In this document: piece after piece, positions 22,246-31,924 of the stretch
Layout of the letters: each line of letters opens with the position of its first letter
Numbering within the stretch: the first letter of the stretch is position 1
NCBI GenBank assembly: GCA_038134805.1
Contig: JAYPVV010000002.1
Coordinates: forward strand, 24,648-88,647
DNA from: Marinoscillum sp.
GTDB taxonomy: Bacteria; Bacteroidota; Bacteroidia; Cytophagales; MED-G16
DNA: 64,000 bases
Reading direction: 5' to 3'
Translations under genes and position numbers: made by a program
Notes under the pieces: generated by a model
Told to the model about the DNA's origin: nothing
Databases searched by the model: none
The model's input: only the letters and a program-made list of their open reading frames with translations

Positions 22246-23421
22246 GTGGACAAAAGTACAAAAAACTTATTTAATAACACAGAATTAGCTTTTACTAATA
22301 AATCAAATTTAGAGTTAAGAAAAGCTTTTTATTTATTTTCAGTGCTAGACTATCCAATTCTAACAAAGCTTGGTAATACGTTATTATTACTTGTGCTTAA
22401 ATTCAAACTTCCATTTAAGTCAATTATAAAGAATACACTTTTTAAGCATTTCTGTGGAGGTGAAACTATTGAGGAATGTAAAAAAACATTTAATAGTTTA
22501 AGAAAATATAAAATTAGTGCTATGCCAGAGTATTCAGTTGAGGCTGAATCTACTGAAAAAGGTTTTGAAAATTATATAAACGACTCCTTGAAAATTATCA
22601 ATTATTTAGGAAAAGAAAATCTCCCATTTATTGCAATTAAATGTACAGGGCTAATGGATATTCATATTCTTGAAGATATTTCATCAGGTAAGTTAACTTA
22701 TGAAAGTGATGAATATTTATTATTTGTAGAGAGAATGAGAAGATTATGTAAAGAATCTCAAAAAAATAAAGTGCAAATATTAATTGATGCTGAGGAGACG
22801 TGGATACAGGATGTAATTGATACTGCTGCATTAAAATTAATGGAAGAGTTTAATAATACTAGTACAGTTGTTTTTTTAACACATCAGTGCTATAGAATTG
22901 GAACATTAGATAGAATAAAAGCAAATTTTAAAATAGCTAAAAAAAAACAATATTTCTATGGTGTTAAATTAGTAAGGGGTGCTTATATGGAGAAGGAAAG
23001 AGAAAGAGCTAATAGATATGGATATCCTAGCCCCATACAACCATCGAAACAAGAAACAGATTCTGAGTTTAATGATTCTCTTAAATTTTGTATTAATAAT
23101 ATTGATAACTTATCCCTTTGGGTGGGTAGCCATAATGAAGATTCATGTTTGTATTTAATGTATTTAATGAGTAAAAAAAATATTAGCAGAGATAATGAAA
23201 GAGTTTGGTTTTCTCAATTATACGGAATGAGTGATAATATATCATTTACACTTTCTAATATAGGTTATAATGTAGTTAAGCTAATACCTTACGGCCCCAT
23301 AGAAAAAACAATACCATATTTAATTAGGAGAGCAAATGAAAATAGCTCAGTAAAAGGTCAAAGTAATAGACAATTTACATTGATAAAAAATGAAATAAAT
23401 AGAAGAAAAAAACTAAATTAA
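22246..23421 (+). CDS. Proline dehydrogenase family protein (GTG start)
   Basis: 391 aa with YPSPIQPSKQETD, QLYGMSD and LIRRANENSS, typical of standalone PRODH. Confidence 0.8.
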   Translation: MDKSTKNLFNNTELAFTNKSNLELRKAFYLFSVLDYPILTKLGNTLLLLVLKFKLPFKSIIKNTLFKHFCGGETIEECKKTFNSLRKYKISAMPEYSVEAESTEKGFENYINDSLKIINYLGKENLPFIAIKCTGLMDIHILEDISSGKLTYESDEYLLFVERMRRLCKESQKNKVQILIDAEETWIQDVIDTAALKLMEEFNNTSTVVFLTHQCYRIGTLDRIKANFKIAKKKQYFYGVKLVRGAYMEKERERANRYGYPSPIQPSKQETDSEFNDSLKFCINNIDNLSLWVGSHNEDSCLYLMYLMSKKNISRDNERVWFSQLYGMSDNISFTLSNIGYNVVKLIPYGPIEKTIPYLIRRANENSSVKGQSNRQFTLIKNEINRRKKLN

Positions 23422-23425
23422 TATT

Positions 23426-24949
23426 ATGAGTTTAACCGAACAAGAAGAACAAAGAAGGAAATCCAGAGAAGAAATAATAGACCTTGGAATTGATCCGTAT
23501 CCATCAGAATCTTTTGAGATAAATACTTATACTGACGAAATAAAAAAGAATTATAATGAAAAGAAAAAGAATTTTGGCGATATATCGTTAGCTGGAAGAT
23601 TAATGTCAAGAAGAGTAATGGGTTCAGCTTCTTTTGCTGAGATTCAAGATTCAAAGGGTAAAATTCAAATTTATGTAAGAAGAGATGATATTTGTCATTC
23701 AGAAGATAAAACCCTTTATAATACTATATTCAAAAAGAAATTAGACCTTGGAGATATTATTGGAATTAAGGGTCATGCTTTTAAAACTCAAGTAGGAGAG
23801 ATTTCTATTCATGTTAACGAGTTAAAAGTATTATCTAAGTCAGTTAAGCCTCTACCTGTAGTCAAAGAGTCTACAGATGAGTCAGGAGAATCAAAAAAAC
23901 ATGATGCTTTTAGTAATACTGAGCTTAAATATAGAAGAAGATATATTGACTTAATCGTTAATCCTGAATCGAGAGAAATTTTTATCAAAAGATCAATAAT
24001 TGTCAATGAAATTAGATCTATATTAAATGAAAACAATTTTCTTGAGGTGGAAACTCCAATTTTACAGCCAATCTATGGGGGAGCATCAGCAAGACCATTT
24101 AAAACTTATCACAATACGCTAGACATCCCCTTGTATCTAAGAATAGCAAATGAGCTTTATTTAAAAAGATTAATAGTTGGTGGTTTTGATGGAGTATTTG
24201 AATTTGCTAAAGACTTTAGAAATGAAGGTATGTCAAGATTTCATAACCCTGAATTTACTCAATGTGAATTTTATGTAGCTTATAAAGACTATTTATGGAT
24301 GATGGATTTTGTAGAAAAAATGTTTAATAGAATTGTCAAAAAAATTACAAATAATTCTACTATGATTTCTTGTAATAATAATTCAATTGATTTTGGAAAA
24401 AAATGGGAAAGATATACAATGTATGAAGTTATAAAAAAGTTTACAGGTGTGGATGTATCTAAGATGAATGAGGTTGAATTGAAAGGTGTATGTTCAGATT
24501 TAAAAATTAAAGTTGATAATTCAATGGGAAGGGGGAAGTTAATTGATGAAATTTTTGGGGAAAAATGTGAACCCTTTTTAATTCAGCCAACTTTTATCAT
24601 CGATTACCCAATAGAAATGTCTCCTCTTGCTAAAAAACATAGATCAAAGGAGGGTCTAGTTGAAAGGTTTGAATTAATTTGTAATGGTAAGGAGATTTGT
24701 AATGCTTTCTCTGAAGTTAATGATCCCCTTGATCAGAGGAAAAGATTTGAAGATCAAGTCAAACTTGGTAAAAAAGGAGACGAAGAAGCAATGGTGTTAG
24801 ATGAAGATTATTTAACTGCATTAGAGTATGGTATGCCTCCTACTGCAGGAATAGGTATAGGTATAGATAGACTTACTATGTTATTAACTGATTCATATTC
24901 AATTCAAGATGTTTTGTTTTTTCCTCAAATGAAACCAGAGGGTAATTAA
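23426..24949 (+). CDS. lysS: Lysine--tRNA ligase (class II)
   Basis: 507 aa with RRRYIDLIVN, FRNEGMSRFHNPEFT and GIGIGIDRLTMLL. Confidence 0.95.
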   Translation: MSLTEQEEQRRKSREEIIDLGIDPYPSESFEINTYTDEIKKNYNEKKKNFGDISLAGRLMSRRVMGSASFAEIQDSKGKIQIYVRRDDICHSEDKTLYNTIFKKKLDLGDIIGIKGHAFKTQVGEISIHVNELKVLSKSVKPLPVVKESTDESGESKKHDAFSNTELKYRRRYIDLIVNPESREIFIKRSIIVNEIRSILNENNFLEVETPILQPIYGGASARPFKTYHNTLDIPLYLRIANELYLKRLIVGGFDGVFEFAKDFRNEGMSRFHNPEFTQCEFYVAYKDYLWMMDFVEKMFNRIVKKITNNSTMISCNNNSIDFGKKWERYTMYEVIKKFTGVDVSKMNEVELKGVCSDLKIKVDNSMGRGKLIDEIFGEKCEPFLIQPTFIIDYPIEMSPLAKKHRSKEGLVERFELICNGKEICNAFSEVNDPLDQRKRFEDQVKLGKKGDEEAMVLDEDYLTALEYGMPPTAGIGIGIDRLTMLLTDSYSIQDVLFFPQMKPEGN

Positions 24950-27588
24950 AGATTATCAAAAAATCTACTTCTTTTTTCAAGTTTAAGATCTTGTAGAAGT
25001 GCAGAGACTGCATTTATTGATAAATTATAAGATTGAAATCTTCCAAATGGCACCCAACTAAAGTTTATTCTCCAACAGTGAAGGTCTCTTGTAGCATTAA
25101 TACTAGTTTGAGTTAATTTTTTGTTTTTAAAATCATAACCAGACCTAAAAGAAATTTTTGTTTTTTCTGAAATACTTACATCACCAGAGAAAGTAAAAGT
25201 TTGAGTTATAGTAGGAACTTTATATCCTATTTTTCTTCTATTAAGATTATAACTAGCATTTATAGACCATGGTACATTAAAATCAATATACTCTGCAATA
25301 TTAGAATTTATATAGTCAATTTCTTCTCTTGAGCCAAATCTAGAATCTTTCTCTTGGCTTTCATTTTCATTTTGAAAATCTTTTGCTGAAAATCTAAATC
25401 CTAGCGCCATATTAATATAAGAAAGAGATCCAAGGCCTTGACTATTATTAATTGCATACTCATCAATTCTTCTCTGATATATTGTTTCTATATTATTAGA
25501 TGATACTATACTATCTAATTTAAAAGTGTAAGGATCTAATGTTCCTGAAACACTTAGATTAATTAAATTTTTGAAAAAAGAAGTTCTCGTCCCAAATCTT
25601 ACTGGAGCTAGTTTAAAAGAGTCGGCAAGAAAATTATAGCTGCTAGAAAATGATAAATTATCAAATATTTTAATTTTTTTCGTACCATTTATAGAATCAT
25701 TTTTATCTAGAACTTTTAATTCTAAATTATTACCAACATAAAAATTCATTGATGCAGAGCTCCCCAATCTAGGAGATCCAAATAAAAAATTTTCATATTT
25801 ACTTAAAAGCTTTGTTTCTCCTGTGTTATTAATTTGTACATTTTCATAATATCCAAATTTAGGTCTTGTAAAATCTGGACTGAATGACATTGATATTTCA
25901 GGAGATATAACATGCCTAATAGCTTTTATTTTTCCTTTTTTAAAGAATATAGTTCCATAAATTCTAGTAGATAAAGCAAATGCAGAAGAATATGACCAAG
26001 CTCTTTGAAATGAATTTACAGTATCAATTTCTATTCCATTCTCTATCTCATTAAAATTATAATTTAATTTTTTGAGATACCAAAGTTCAGAATAGTTTAC
26101 ACTTGGACTTACAGTAAAATATTTTAAAAAATTAAATGAAGTAGAAATTGGAATTGTATGTTTACCTCCAATTTTTGATCTATCAATTATAGACCCTATA
26201 TTTTCTAAATTAAAATCAATCTGATCAGAGAAATTATTGTTAGTGTTTACTATATGTAAATTACTCAGAGAACTTCCTGAACCTCCATTAGATAGCTCTA
26301 TTTTTCCATTGAATCTGTGGCTAATACTAATCTTTCCAAGTGCTGTTTTCCCAATCTTACCAAGATTTTTAAAAGGATAAAGTCTACTCATATTATAACT
26401 TAAGTCAGGTAATGTTAAATTAACTTTTTTAGTTTGAACATTTTGAGAATGACGAAGATTGGCTGAAAAATTAAAAGGAGTTCCTTTAAAAGATTTAGAG
26501 TAAGAAATATTTGAATTGAATTGAGCATTTATGCTTTCATTAAAATTTGAATACACTAAGTTTTTATTCTGATTATAAGAATTGGTTTGAAAATTAACTG
26601 AGGATGAAAACCTACTTGATTTACCTTGTGAGTCTGGGCTATGAGACCATGATAAAGAAAAGTCATTAGAATTAGAAGGATTTTCAAAATCCCCTAAAAT
26701 ACTTTTGTTGTAATTAAATCTAAGATTACCTGAGTAAGAATATCTTTTTTTATAACTTGACCCTAAAGTTAATCCATAACTACCTTTGGAATAAACATCT
26801 CCCGTCAGTCTTAAGTCAAAATAATCACTTAATGCAAAATAATATCCTCCATCTCTAAGATAAAAACCTCTTCTTTTCTCTTCTCCGTAATTAGGCATAA
26901 TTAAGCCAGATATCTTTTTTTTAGGTTGAGGAAACATCCCAAAAACAAAACCTAAAGGTGTTGGAATATTTCCAAACTTTAGGTGAAAAGGTCCTGAAAT
27001 AACTTTATTCCCTGGTATAACTTTTATCTTATTAGATGATATGTGAAAATGAGGCTCTTCTAAATTGCATGTTGTATATTTAGCTTCACTAATAAATAAC
27101 TCATCTTCCTCATTTTTTTTTACATCCTTACCTTGCATATATGCTTCATCAAGTTGAGTAACTATACCTTTAATTTTAGCTTTTCTACTATCAAAATTAT
27201 AGGTTATTTTATCTGTCTCATAGGATTGACTACCTTCAGTAAATATTGGTTTACCAATTTTTTTTCCTGTTGAATCTAAAATAAAGTTGGCATCAAGTGT
27301 TTTATTATTCCAATCGACTGATATTTGATAAGCATCTAAATTAATATCACCATAGTCAATGTTAGAGCTACCATACATTCTAAGGCTTTGTGTTTTTAGA
27401 TCATAATATATTGAGTCCTTTGCACTATAATTTATTGTTGTTTCAATTTCACCTTTTTTAAAAATTGTGTCTGAATGATTTTGAATCAAAGTATCATTTT
27501 TCTTAAGAGACGGTAGGGGATCTGATTCTATTTGAGAAAATAGATGTAATGGATTATACAGAAAAAGGAAGATCAATAAACTTCTCAA
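24946..27588 (-). CDS. Outer-membrane LPS-assembly (LptD/OstA-like) protein, Bacteroidota type
   Basis: 880 aa with a signal peptide, an OstA-like N-terminal region and a long beta-rich C-terminal region. Divergent from the amidase gene as in many flavobacteria (from memory). Confidence 0.7.
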   Translation of the reverse strand: MRSLLIFLFLYNPLHLFSQIESDPLPSLKKNDTLIQNHSDTIFKKGEIETTINYSAKDSIYYDLKTQSLRMYGSSNIDYGDINLDAYQISVDWNNKTLDANFILDSTGKKIGKPIFTEGSQSYETDKITYNFDSRKAKIKGIVTQLDEAYMQGKDVKKNEEDELFISEAKYTTCNLEEPHFHISSNKIKVIPGNKVISGPFHLKFGNIPTPLGFVFGMFPQPKKKISGLIMPNYGEEKRRGFYLRDGGYYFALSDYFDLRLTGDVYSKGSYGLTLGSSYKKRYSYSGNLRFNYNKSILGDFENPSNSNDFSLSWSHSPDSQGKSSRFSSSVNFQTNSYNQNKNLVYSNFNESINAQFNSNISYSKSFKGTPFNFSANLRHSQNVQTKKVNLTLPDLSYNMSRLYPFKNLGKIGKTALGKISISHRFNGKIELSNGGSGSSLSNLHIVNTNNNFSDQIDFNLENIGSIIDRSKIGGKHTIPISTSFNFLKYFTVSPSVNYSELWYLKKLNYNFNEIENGIEIDTVNSFQRAWSYSSAFALSTRIYGTIFFKKGKIKAIRHVISPEISMSFSPDFTRPKFGYYENVQINNTGETKLLSKYENFLFGSPRLGSSASMNFYVGNNLELKVLDKNDSINGTKKIKIFDNLSFSSSYNFLADSFKLAPVRFGTRTSFFKNLINLSVSGTLDPYTFKLDSIVSSNNIETIYQRRIDEYAINNSQGLGSLSYINMALGFRFSAKDFQNENESQEKDSRFGSREEIDYINSNIAEYIDFNVPWSINASYNLNRRKIGYKVPTITQTFTFSGDVSISEKTKISFRSGYDFKNKKLTQTSINATRDLHCWRINFSWVPFGRFQSYNLSINAVSALLQDLKLEKRSRFFDNL

Positions 27589-27628
27589 TTTTATAAATAT
27601 ATTTCTTTTTAATAAATTTACTGTATTG

Positions 27629-27636
27629 CAAATTTA
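27629..27636 (-). promoter_or_regulatory. Candidate -7 box (TAAATTTG on the minus strand) for the LptD-like gene
   Basis: Exact TAnnTTTG about 40 nt upstream of the minus-strand ATG at 27588. Confidence 0.25.
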
Positions 27637-27660
27637 TTGTTGATTATCTAAATAAGTGGA

Positions 27661-28443
27661 ATGCAATTTATTAATATATCCTTTTTTCTTAGTTTATTCT
27701 TTATTTTAACTTCTTTTAACTCACTAAATTCAAATCAATATAAACTCAAAACAATAGTTATCGATGCTGGTCATGGTGGTAAAGACCCAGGAGCTAGAGG
27801 TAAATTTTCTTGGGAAAAAGATATTGCCTTGTCAATTTCTCTTGAGTTAGGAAGAATATTAAAAGAAAATATGCCCGAAATAAAAATAGTTTATACAAGA
27901 GAAGATGATATTTTTTTAAGTCTTTATAATAGAGCAGAAATTGCAAATAAGGCAAATGCAGATTTGTTTATTTCTATTCATGCTGACTCTTTCTCTAATT
28001 CATCTGTATATGGGACTACATCTTATCTTATGGGTCTTAGTAAAACTTCAGCCAACATGAATGTTGCAAAAAGAGAAAATTCAGTAATTTTTTTAGAGGA
28101 AAATTATGAAGAAACATATAAAAATTTTGATCCAAATTCCTCAGAATCAATTATGTTACTTAGCTTAACTCAAAAAGCTAAAATTGATAATAGTACAATT
28201 CTTGCTAACCTTATTCAAGATCAGTTAGAAAATCGAGTAGGCCTAAGATCTAGGGGAGTTAAGCAAGCGCCATTCCAAGTTTTATGGAATACTACTATGC
28301 CTAGTGTTTTAATTGAGACTGGATTCATGACTAATCCAAATGAAGAAAAAAAATTAAATAATAAAACCCACAGAGTTTATATAGCTTCAGCAATTTTTAG
28401 AGCAATTAGAGATTATAAGAAGTATTTAGAATCAAATGTTTAA
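27661..28443 (+). CDS. N-acetylmuramoyl-L-alanine amidase (Amidase_3 family)
   Basis: Signal peptide, then IVIDAGHGGKDPGA and FISIHADS. Confidence 0.88.
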   Translation: MQFINISFFLSLFFILTSFNSLNSNQYKLKTIVIDAGHGGKDPGARGKFSWEKDIALSISLELGRILKENMPEIKIVYTREDDIFLSLYNRAEIANKANADLFISIHADSFSNSSVYGTTSYLMGLSKTSANMNVAKRENSVIFLEENYEETYKNFDPNSSESIMLLSLTQKAKIDNSTILANLIQDQLENRVGLRSRGVKQAPFQVLWNTTMPSVLIETGFMTNPNEEKKLNNKTHRVYIASAIFRAIRDYKKYLESNV

Positions 28444-28452
28444 TTTTGATTA

Positions 28453-29403
28453 ATGAATAGAGAATTTAAAGTTGGAATAATAGGGGTTGTTGGCTTGGTA
28501 TTTTTTTATCTAGGTACAAATTTTCTTAAAGGGATTGATTTTTTTTCCCCTGTAAATAAATATTATGCACTTTATGATAATGTTGATGGCTTAATAGTTG
28601 CGAATCCAGTTATTGTAAATGGTTACACTGTAGGAAGAGTCAGTAAGATTAATATACTCCAAAATAAAAATAATAAGATTTTAGTTACGTTAGATATCGA
28701 TGAAAATCTGATTATTGGAAAAGATTCCCGTGCAACTTTAAGTAGTAATGATTTTTTAGGAAGTAAAGCAATTATTCTTAATATAGGAGATGTATCCAAC
28801 CCAATTAATGATGGAGATACAATTAATTCTGAAATAGAAGGGGGTCTATCTGAACTATTAGAAAAAGCTACCCCTATAACTGATAATCTCGGTGTTACTA
28901 TTAGTAGGTTAAATGAAATTTTATTAAGCTTAAGAGGTAGTGGAGATATGATTACAACAACTCTAGATAATCTTAATGATGTTTTATCTAACACAAATAA
29001 TCTTATAGAGTCTAATGAATCTACTATTACAAATACACTTGATAATTTAAATAATCTGACAACTGATCTTTCCCAAAAATTAGAAGATATTAACCCTATA
29101 ATTGAGGGAGCTAATGATATGATAACCACTCTGAATAAAGTAAATTTTGAAAATACCTTTAATCAAATTGATATCTTACTAACCTCAATGAACGGAGTAT
29201 TTGATGATCTTGAATCTGGAGAGGGAGGTACTTTATCATTACTCCTTTCTGATGACTCACTCTATAATAATCTGAATCAAACTGCTTACGATCTCGACAA
29301 GTTATTACAACATATTAACGAAAACCCTAAGCATTTCTTTGCTCCTCTTGGAAAGAGTAGAAAGAAAATAGAAAGAGATTTAAAAAAGCAGAAAGAGGAC
29401 TAG
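28453..29403 (+). CDS. MlaD/MCE-domain protein
   Basis: N-terminal TM helix, MCE-like domain (VNGYTVGRVSKI) and a long helical C-terminal region. Confidence 0.75.
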   Translation: MNREFKVGIIGVVGLVFFYLGTNFLKGIDFFSPVNKYYALYDNVDGLIVANPVIVNGYTVGRVSKINILQNKNNKILVTLDIDENLIIGKDSRATLSSNDFLGSKAIILNIGDVSNPINDGDTINSEIEGGLSELLEKATPITDNLGVTISRLNEILLSLRGSGDMITTTLDNLNDVLSNTNNLIESNESTITNTLDNLNNLTTDLSQKLEDINPIIEGANDMITTLNKVNFENTFNQIDILLTSMNGVFDDLESGEGGTLSLLLSDDSLYNNLNQTAYDLDKLLQHINENPKHFFAPLGKSRKKIERDLKKQKED

Positions 29404-29981
29404 GTTGTGTAACTTAGTATATGACCGTTAATTTCCTCAGTCATTATTTCAATTGTTTTTCCATGTATCGAACAAGAGTAGAGATTTTCTAAGCTATTTT
29501 TAATTTCTAAACTCTTTAGAGGTATTGTATAACCACCTACCTTATAGGCTGTCTCCTTCATGGACCAGTACTCAACTAATTTTTTTAGATTTTCTCCAAT
29601 AACTAACTCTTCGTCTTCACTAAGAAATTTAGATTTAATTTTTTTAACTTTTTCATCTATTCTCTCAATATCAACTCCGCATTTTTTTGTGTCAAAAATC
29701 ACAGAGACATATGGGAATTTATGAGAGATAGAAATATGGTATTTAGAGTTTATAAGATGCGGTTTGCCGTTATTATCTTTTTTTATTCCCACAAAATTTA
29801 TGTCTAATTCTTCACATATTTTCTCTATTAAAATTCTTGAGGCATAGAACTCTTTTCTCTTAATTTCATTTTTTATGTCAGTAGTTTGATTTGTTAATTT
29901 AATTAACTCATTTATCGATTCGTCTATTTTCCAGACCCAGATGATGGATTCACAGTTAGAAATTTTTTTAATTATGCTCAT
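29400..29981 (-). CDS. 4'-phosphopantetheinyl transferase superfamily protein
   Basis: GVDIERI and WSMKETAYK motifs. I prefer the internal ATG at 29981 (MSIIKK...) to the track start at 30038. Confidence 0.75.
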   Translation of the reverse strand: MSIIKKISNCESIIWVWKIDESINELIKLTNQTTDIKNEIKRKEFYASRILIEKICEELDINFVGIKKDNNGKPHLINSKYHISISHKFPYVSVIFDTKKCGVDIERIDEKVKKIKSKFLSEDEELVIGENLKKLVEYWSMKETAYKVGGYTIPLKSLEIKNSLENLYSCSIHGKTIEIMTEEINGHILSYTT

Positions 29982-30044
29982 ATAACATCTTATTAATATA
30001 AAATTATATAATAATTGCATGATTTTATTTAAATTCATATCTCA

Positions 30045-31112
30045 ATGAATCAGTTGAACTCAGAAGATATTTCTAATAAAAAATTTAACTCAGGTTTTCG
30101 TGGATATGATAAATCTCAAGTTGATAGTTATCTCCAAATACTAGCCAGTGAATTTAAAATTTTAGAGAGTAGGATTATAGATTTAGAAAATAAAATATCA
30201 GAGCAAAAAACTGAAAACGAAAAATTTAAAAGTGTTGAGTCATCACTTATTAACACATTAAAAGCAGCAGAAGATACAGGAAAAGATATTGTTGAGAATG
30301 CGAAAGAAGATGCTAAAGGGATTCTTAATGACGCTAGAAAAGAGTTAGCTACAATCAAGGAAGAATATGAAAGTATCAAGTCTCTAAGAGACAATACTAT
30401 CCAAGATATTAATGAATTGAAGGATAAAATAAATTCAGGATTAGACATTATTGGAGAAGAGGCTAATTTCGATGAGATATCTGAAAGCATAGATGCTGTA
30501 GAAGAAAATATTAATGATTCAGAGAAAGAAGAGGACACTTTTGAAGAAAAAGAAGAGGAGTCTATAGAAGAAAATCTTGAGGAAAATGAGGTGGAGTTAG
30601 AGATAGAGGATGAAAAAGAAGAAGATATAATTGAAGATGAATCTAGCGAAGATGTAATGGATGAGGGTAACACTAATGAGGAAGAAGAATTATCCGATTC
30701 TCATGAAGACGATATATATGAGTTAACAACTGAGGCAGAAGAAGAGCCCCCTGCTGAGGAAACTGTAGAGAGTGTTAGTGAACCTGAACCAACAGAAGAA
30801 GAAAACTTGGAATCAACCCAAAATGATTTAAAAGAAACGCCAGATTTATTTTCTGAGGAAAAGCATGAGGAAGAGGATAATAATGAAGAGGAGTTGTCTG
30901 CAGATGATATTTTTGGAGGACAAGAAAATAATGATGAAGGTGATCAACCAGAAGAAGAAAATGATATTTCCGACGAAAATGAAGAGGATTCAGTAGAGTC
31001 TCAAAATGATGAAATTGAATCCGAGCCTGAATCAGAAGAAGAAAATGAGTCTGATAAAAAGAAGTCAGATGATATTCAGAAATCATTTTTTGATACATTC
31101 GATGAAAATTAA
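30045..31112 (+). CDS. DivIVA-domain protein with a long hyper-acidic C-terminal tail
   Basis: The N-terminus LNSEDISNKKFNSGFRGYDKSQVDSYL plus a coiled coil is the DivIVA signature. Of the last 203 residues, 97 are D/E (hand count). Confidence 0.7.
   Translation: MNQLNSEDISNKKFNSGFRGYDKSQVDSYLQILASEFKILESRIIDLENKISEQKTENEKFKSVESSLINTLKAAEDTGKDIVENAKEDAKGILNDARKELATIKEEYESIKSLRDNTIQDINELKDKINSGLDIIGEEANFDEISESIDAVEENINDSEKEEDTFEEKEEESIEENLEENEVELEIEDEKEEDIIEDESSEDVMDEGNTNEEEELSDSHEDDIYELTTEAEEEPPAEETVESVSEPEPTEEENLESTQNDLKETPDLFSEEKHEEEDNNEEELSADDIFGGQENNDEGDQPEEENDISDENEEDSVESQNDEIESEPESEEENESDKKKSDDIQKSFFDTFDEN
30501..31109 (+). other. Compositionally biased (GAA/GAT-rich) coding region for the acidic tail
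   Basis: Purine-rich low-complexity DNA with no fixed repeat period. It generates Ser-rich shadow ORFs on the opposite strand. Confidence 0.8.
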
Positions 31113-31464
31113 TAATTCAACTATATCACTTAATGGTATAGAGTTCAAATCAAAGATTGGTCTTTTTGATTTTGAGAAAGAGAGTGGAAATTCTTTCATT
31201 GTAAATCTGTCTATCGACGTAGATAAAATAATATATGATGATACGATTGAGGGTACAGTGGACTATTCTAACTTATTTTCAATTATTGAGAGTGAGATGT
31301 TGAAAGAATACAATCTAATAGAGACAGTCGCTCATAAGATATCGAGTAGTATTCATTCTCAGATAAAAAACATTAAATTGTGTAGACTTGAGATTATTAA
31401 AAAAAATCCTCCGATTGATGGAAATGTTGATAATTCAAGTTTTATTTTAGAAACAACTTCATAG
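31102..31464 (+). CDS. folB: Dihydroneopterin aldolase
   Basis: About 120 aa from the ATG at 31102 (MKINNSTISLNGIEFKSKIGLFDFEKE...), FolB-like. The track start at 31006 lies inside the upstream gene. Confidence 0.8.
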   Translation: MKINNSTISLNGIEFKSKIGLFDFEKESGNSFIVNLSIDVDKIIYDDTIEGTVDYSNLFSIIESEMLKEYNLIETVAHKISSSIHSQIKNIKLCRLEIIKKNPPIDGNVDNSSFILETTS

Positions 31465-31469
31465 AACAT

Positions 31470-31865
31470 ATGAGTAAGGAAAGTTCGATAAAAGAATATA
31501 TTAGTAAGGCAAAAAAAATCATTAATGATGACGAAAAGCTTAAAAAGCTTATCGAAGATGTTTTAAAAAAATTGAAAGAAATTTCTAGTGATAAGAAAAC
31601 ATCGGCTAAACTTAATGATTCACTAAGGTTATTTATTAGAATTATAAATGCATATACTTCTAAGGAGTACACATATGTTCCCTGGAAGACAATTTGTTTA
31701 ATAGTAGCAGGTTTAATTTATTTCATTTATCCTGTAGACTTGATTCCTGACTTTATACCTGTTTCTGGTCTAATAGATGATATTGCACTAATTGCTTGGA
31801 TATATAAATCAATCCAAGATGATATTGATAACTTCCTTGAATGGGAGAAAAGTCTGAAGTCTTAG
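31470..31865 (+). CDS. YkvA/DUF1232 family membrane protein
   Basis: YPVDLIPDFIPVSGLIDDIALIAW is the DUF1232 core motif. Confidence 0.7.
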   Translation: MSKESSIKEYISKAKKIINDDEKLKKLIEDVLKKLKEISSDKKTSAKLNDSLRLFIRIINAYTSKEYTYVPWKTICLIVAGLIYFIYPVDLIPDFIPVSGLIDDIALIAWIYKSIQDDIDNFLEWEKSLKS

Positions 31866-31887
31866 CACATCTTATAAAAAATTAATT

Positions 31888-31895
31888 TATGTTTG
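31888..31895 (+). promoter_or_regulatory. Candidate -7 box (TATGTTTG) for the prp unit
   Basis: Exact TAnnTTTG, 29 nt before the prpB ATG. No clean -33. Confidence 0.25.
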
Positions 31896-31924
31896 GTATG
31901 AACAACCAATAACTATTTATCCCT

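Noticed and set aside
28623-29129. A 168-aa antisense ORF inside mlaD, plus similar shadows at 6334-6669 (rplN), 38369-38800 (gcvT), 20407-20697 (aroB), 37767-38042 (comB-like) and 12326-12556 (rpsM/rpsK).
   Set aside because: Each lies fully inside a gene with strong family signatures on the other strand. AT-rich genomes with biased codon use generate such open antisense frames. The products are low-complexity and hydrophobic.
30128-31098. Long minus-strand ORFs (181 aa Ser-rich at 30128-30673; 107 aa at 30775-31098) opposite the DivIVA-like gene.
   Set aside because: They are mirror images of GAA/GAT-rich coding DNA, where TTC and ATC give Ser/Leu/Ile-rich nonsense. They have no start context or family resemblance, and the plus-strand frame has a clear DivIVA N-terminus.
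30501-31109. Repetitive-looking purine-rich DNA, considered as a tandem repeat or array.
   Set aside because: There is no constant period or repeat/spacer organisation. It is in-frame low-complexity coding sequence for the acidic tail.
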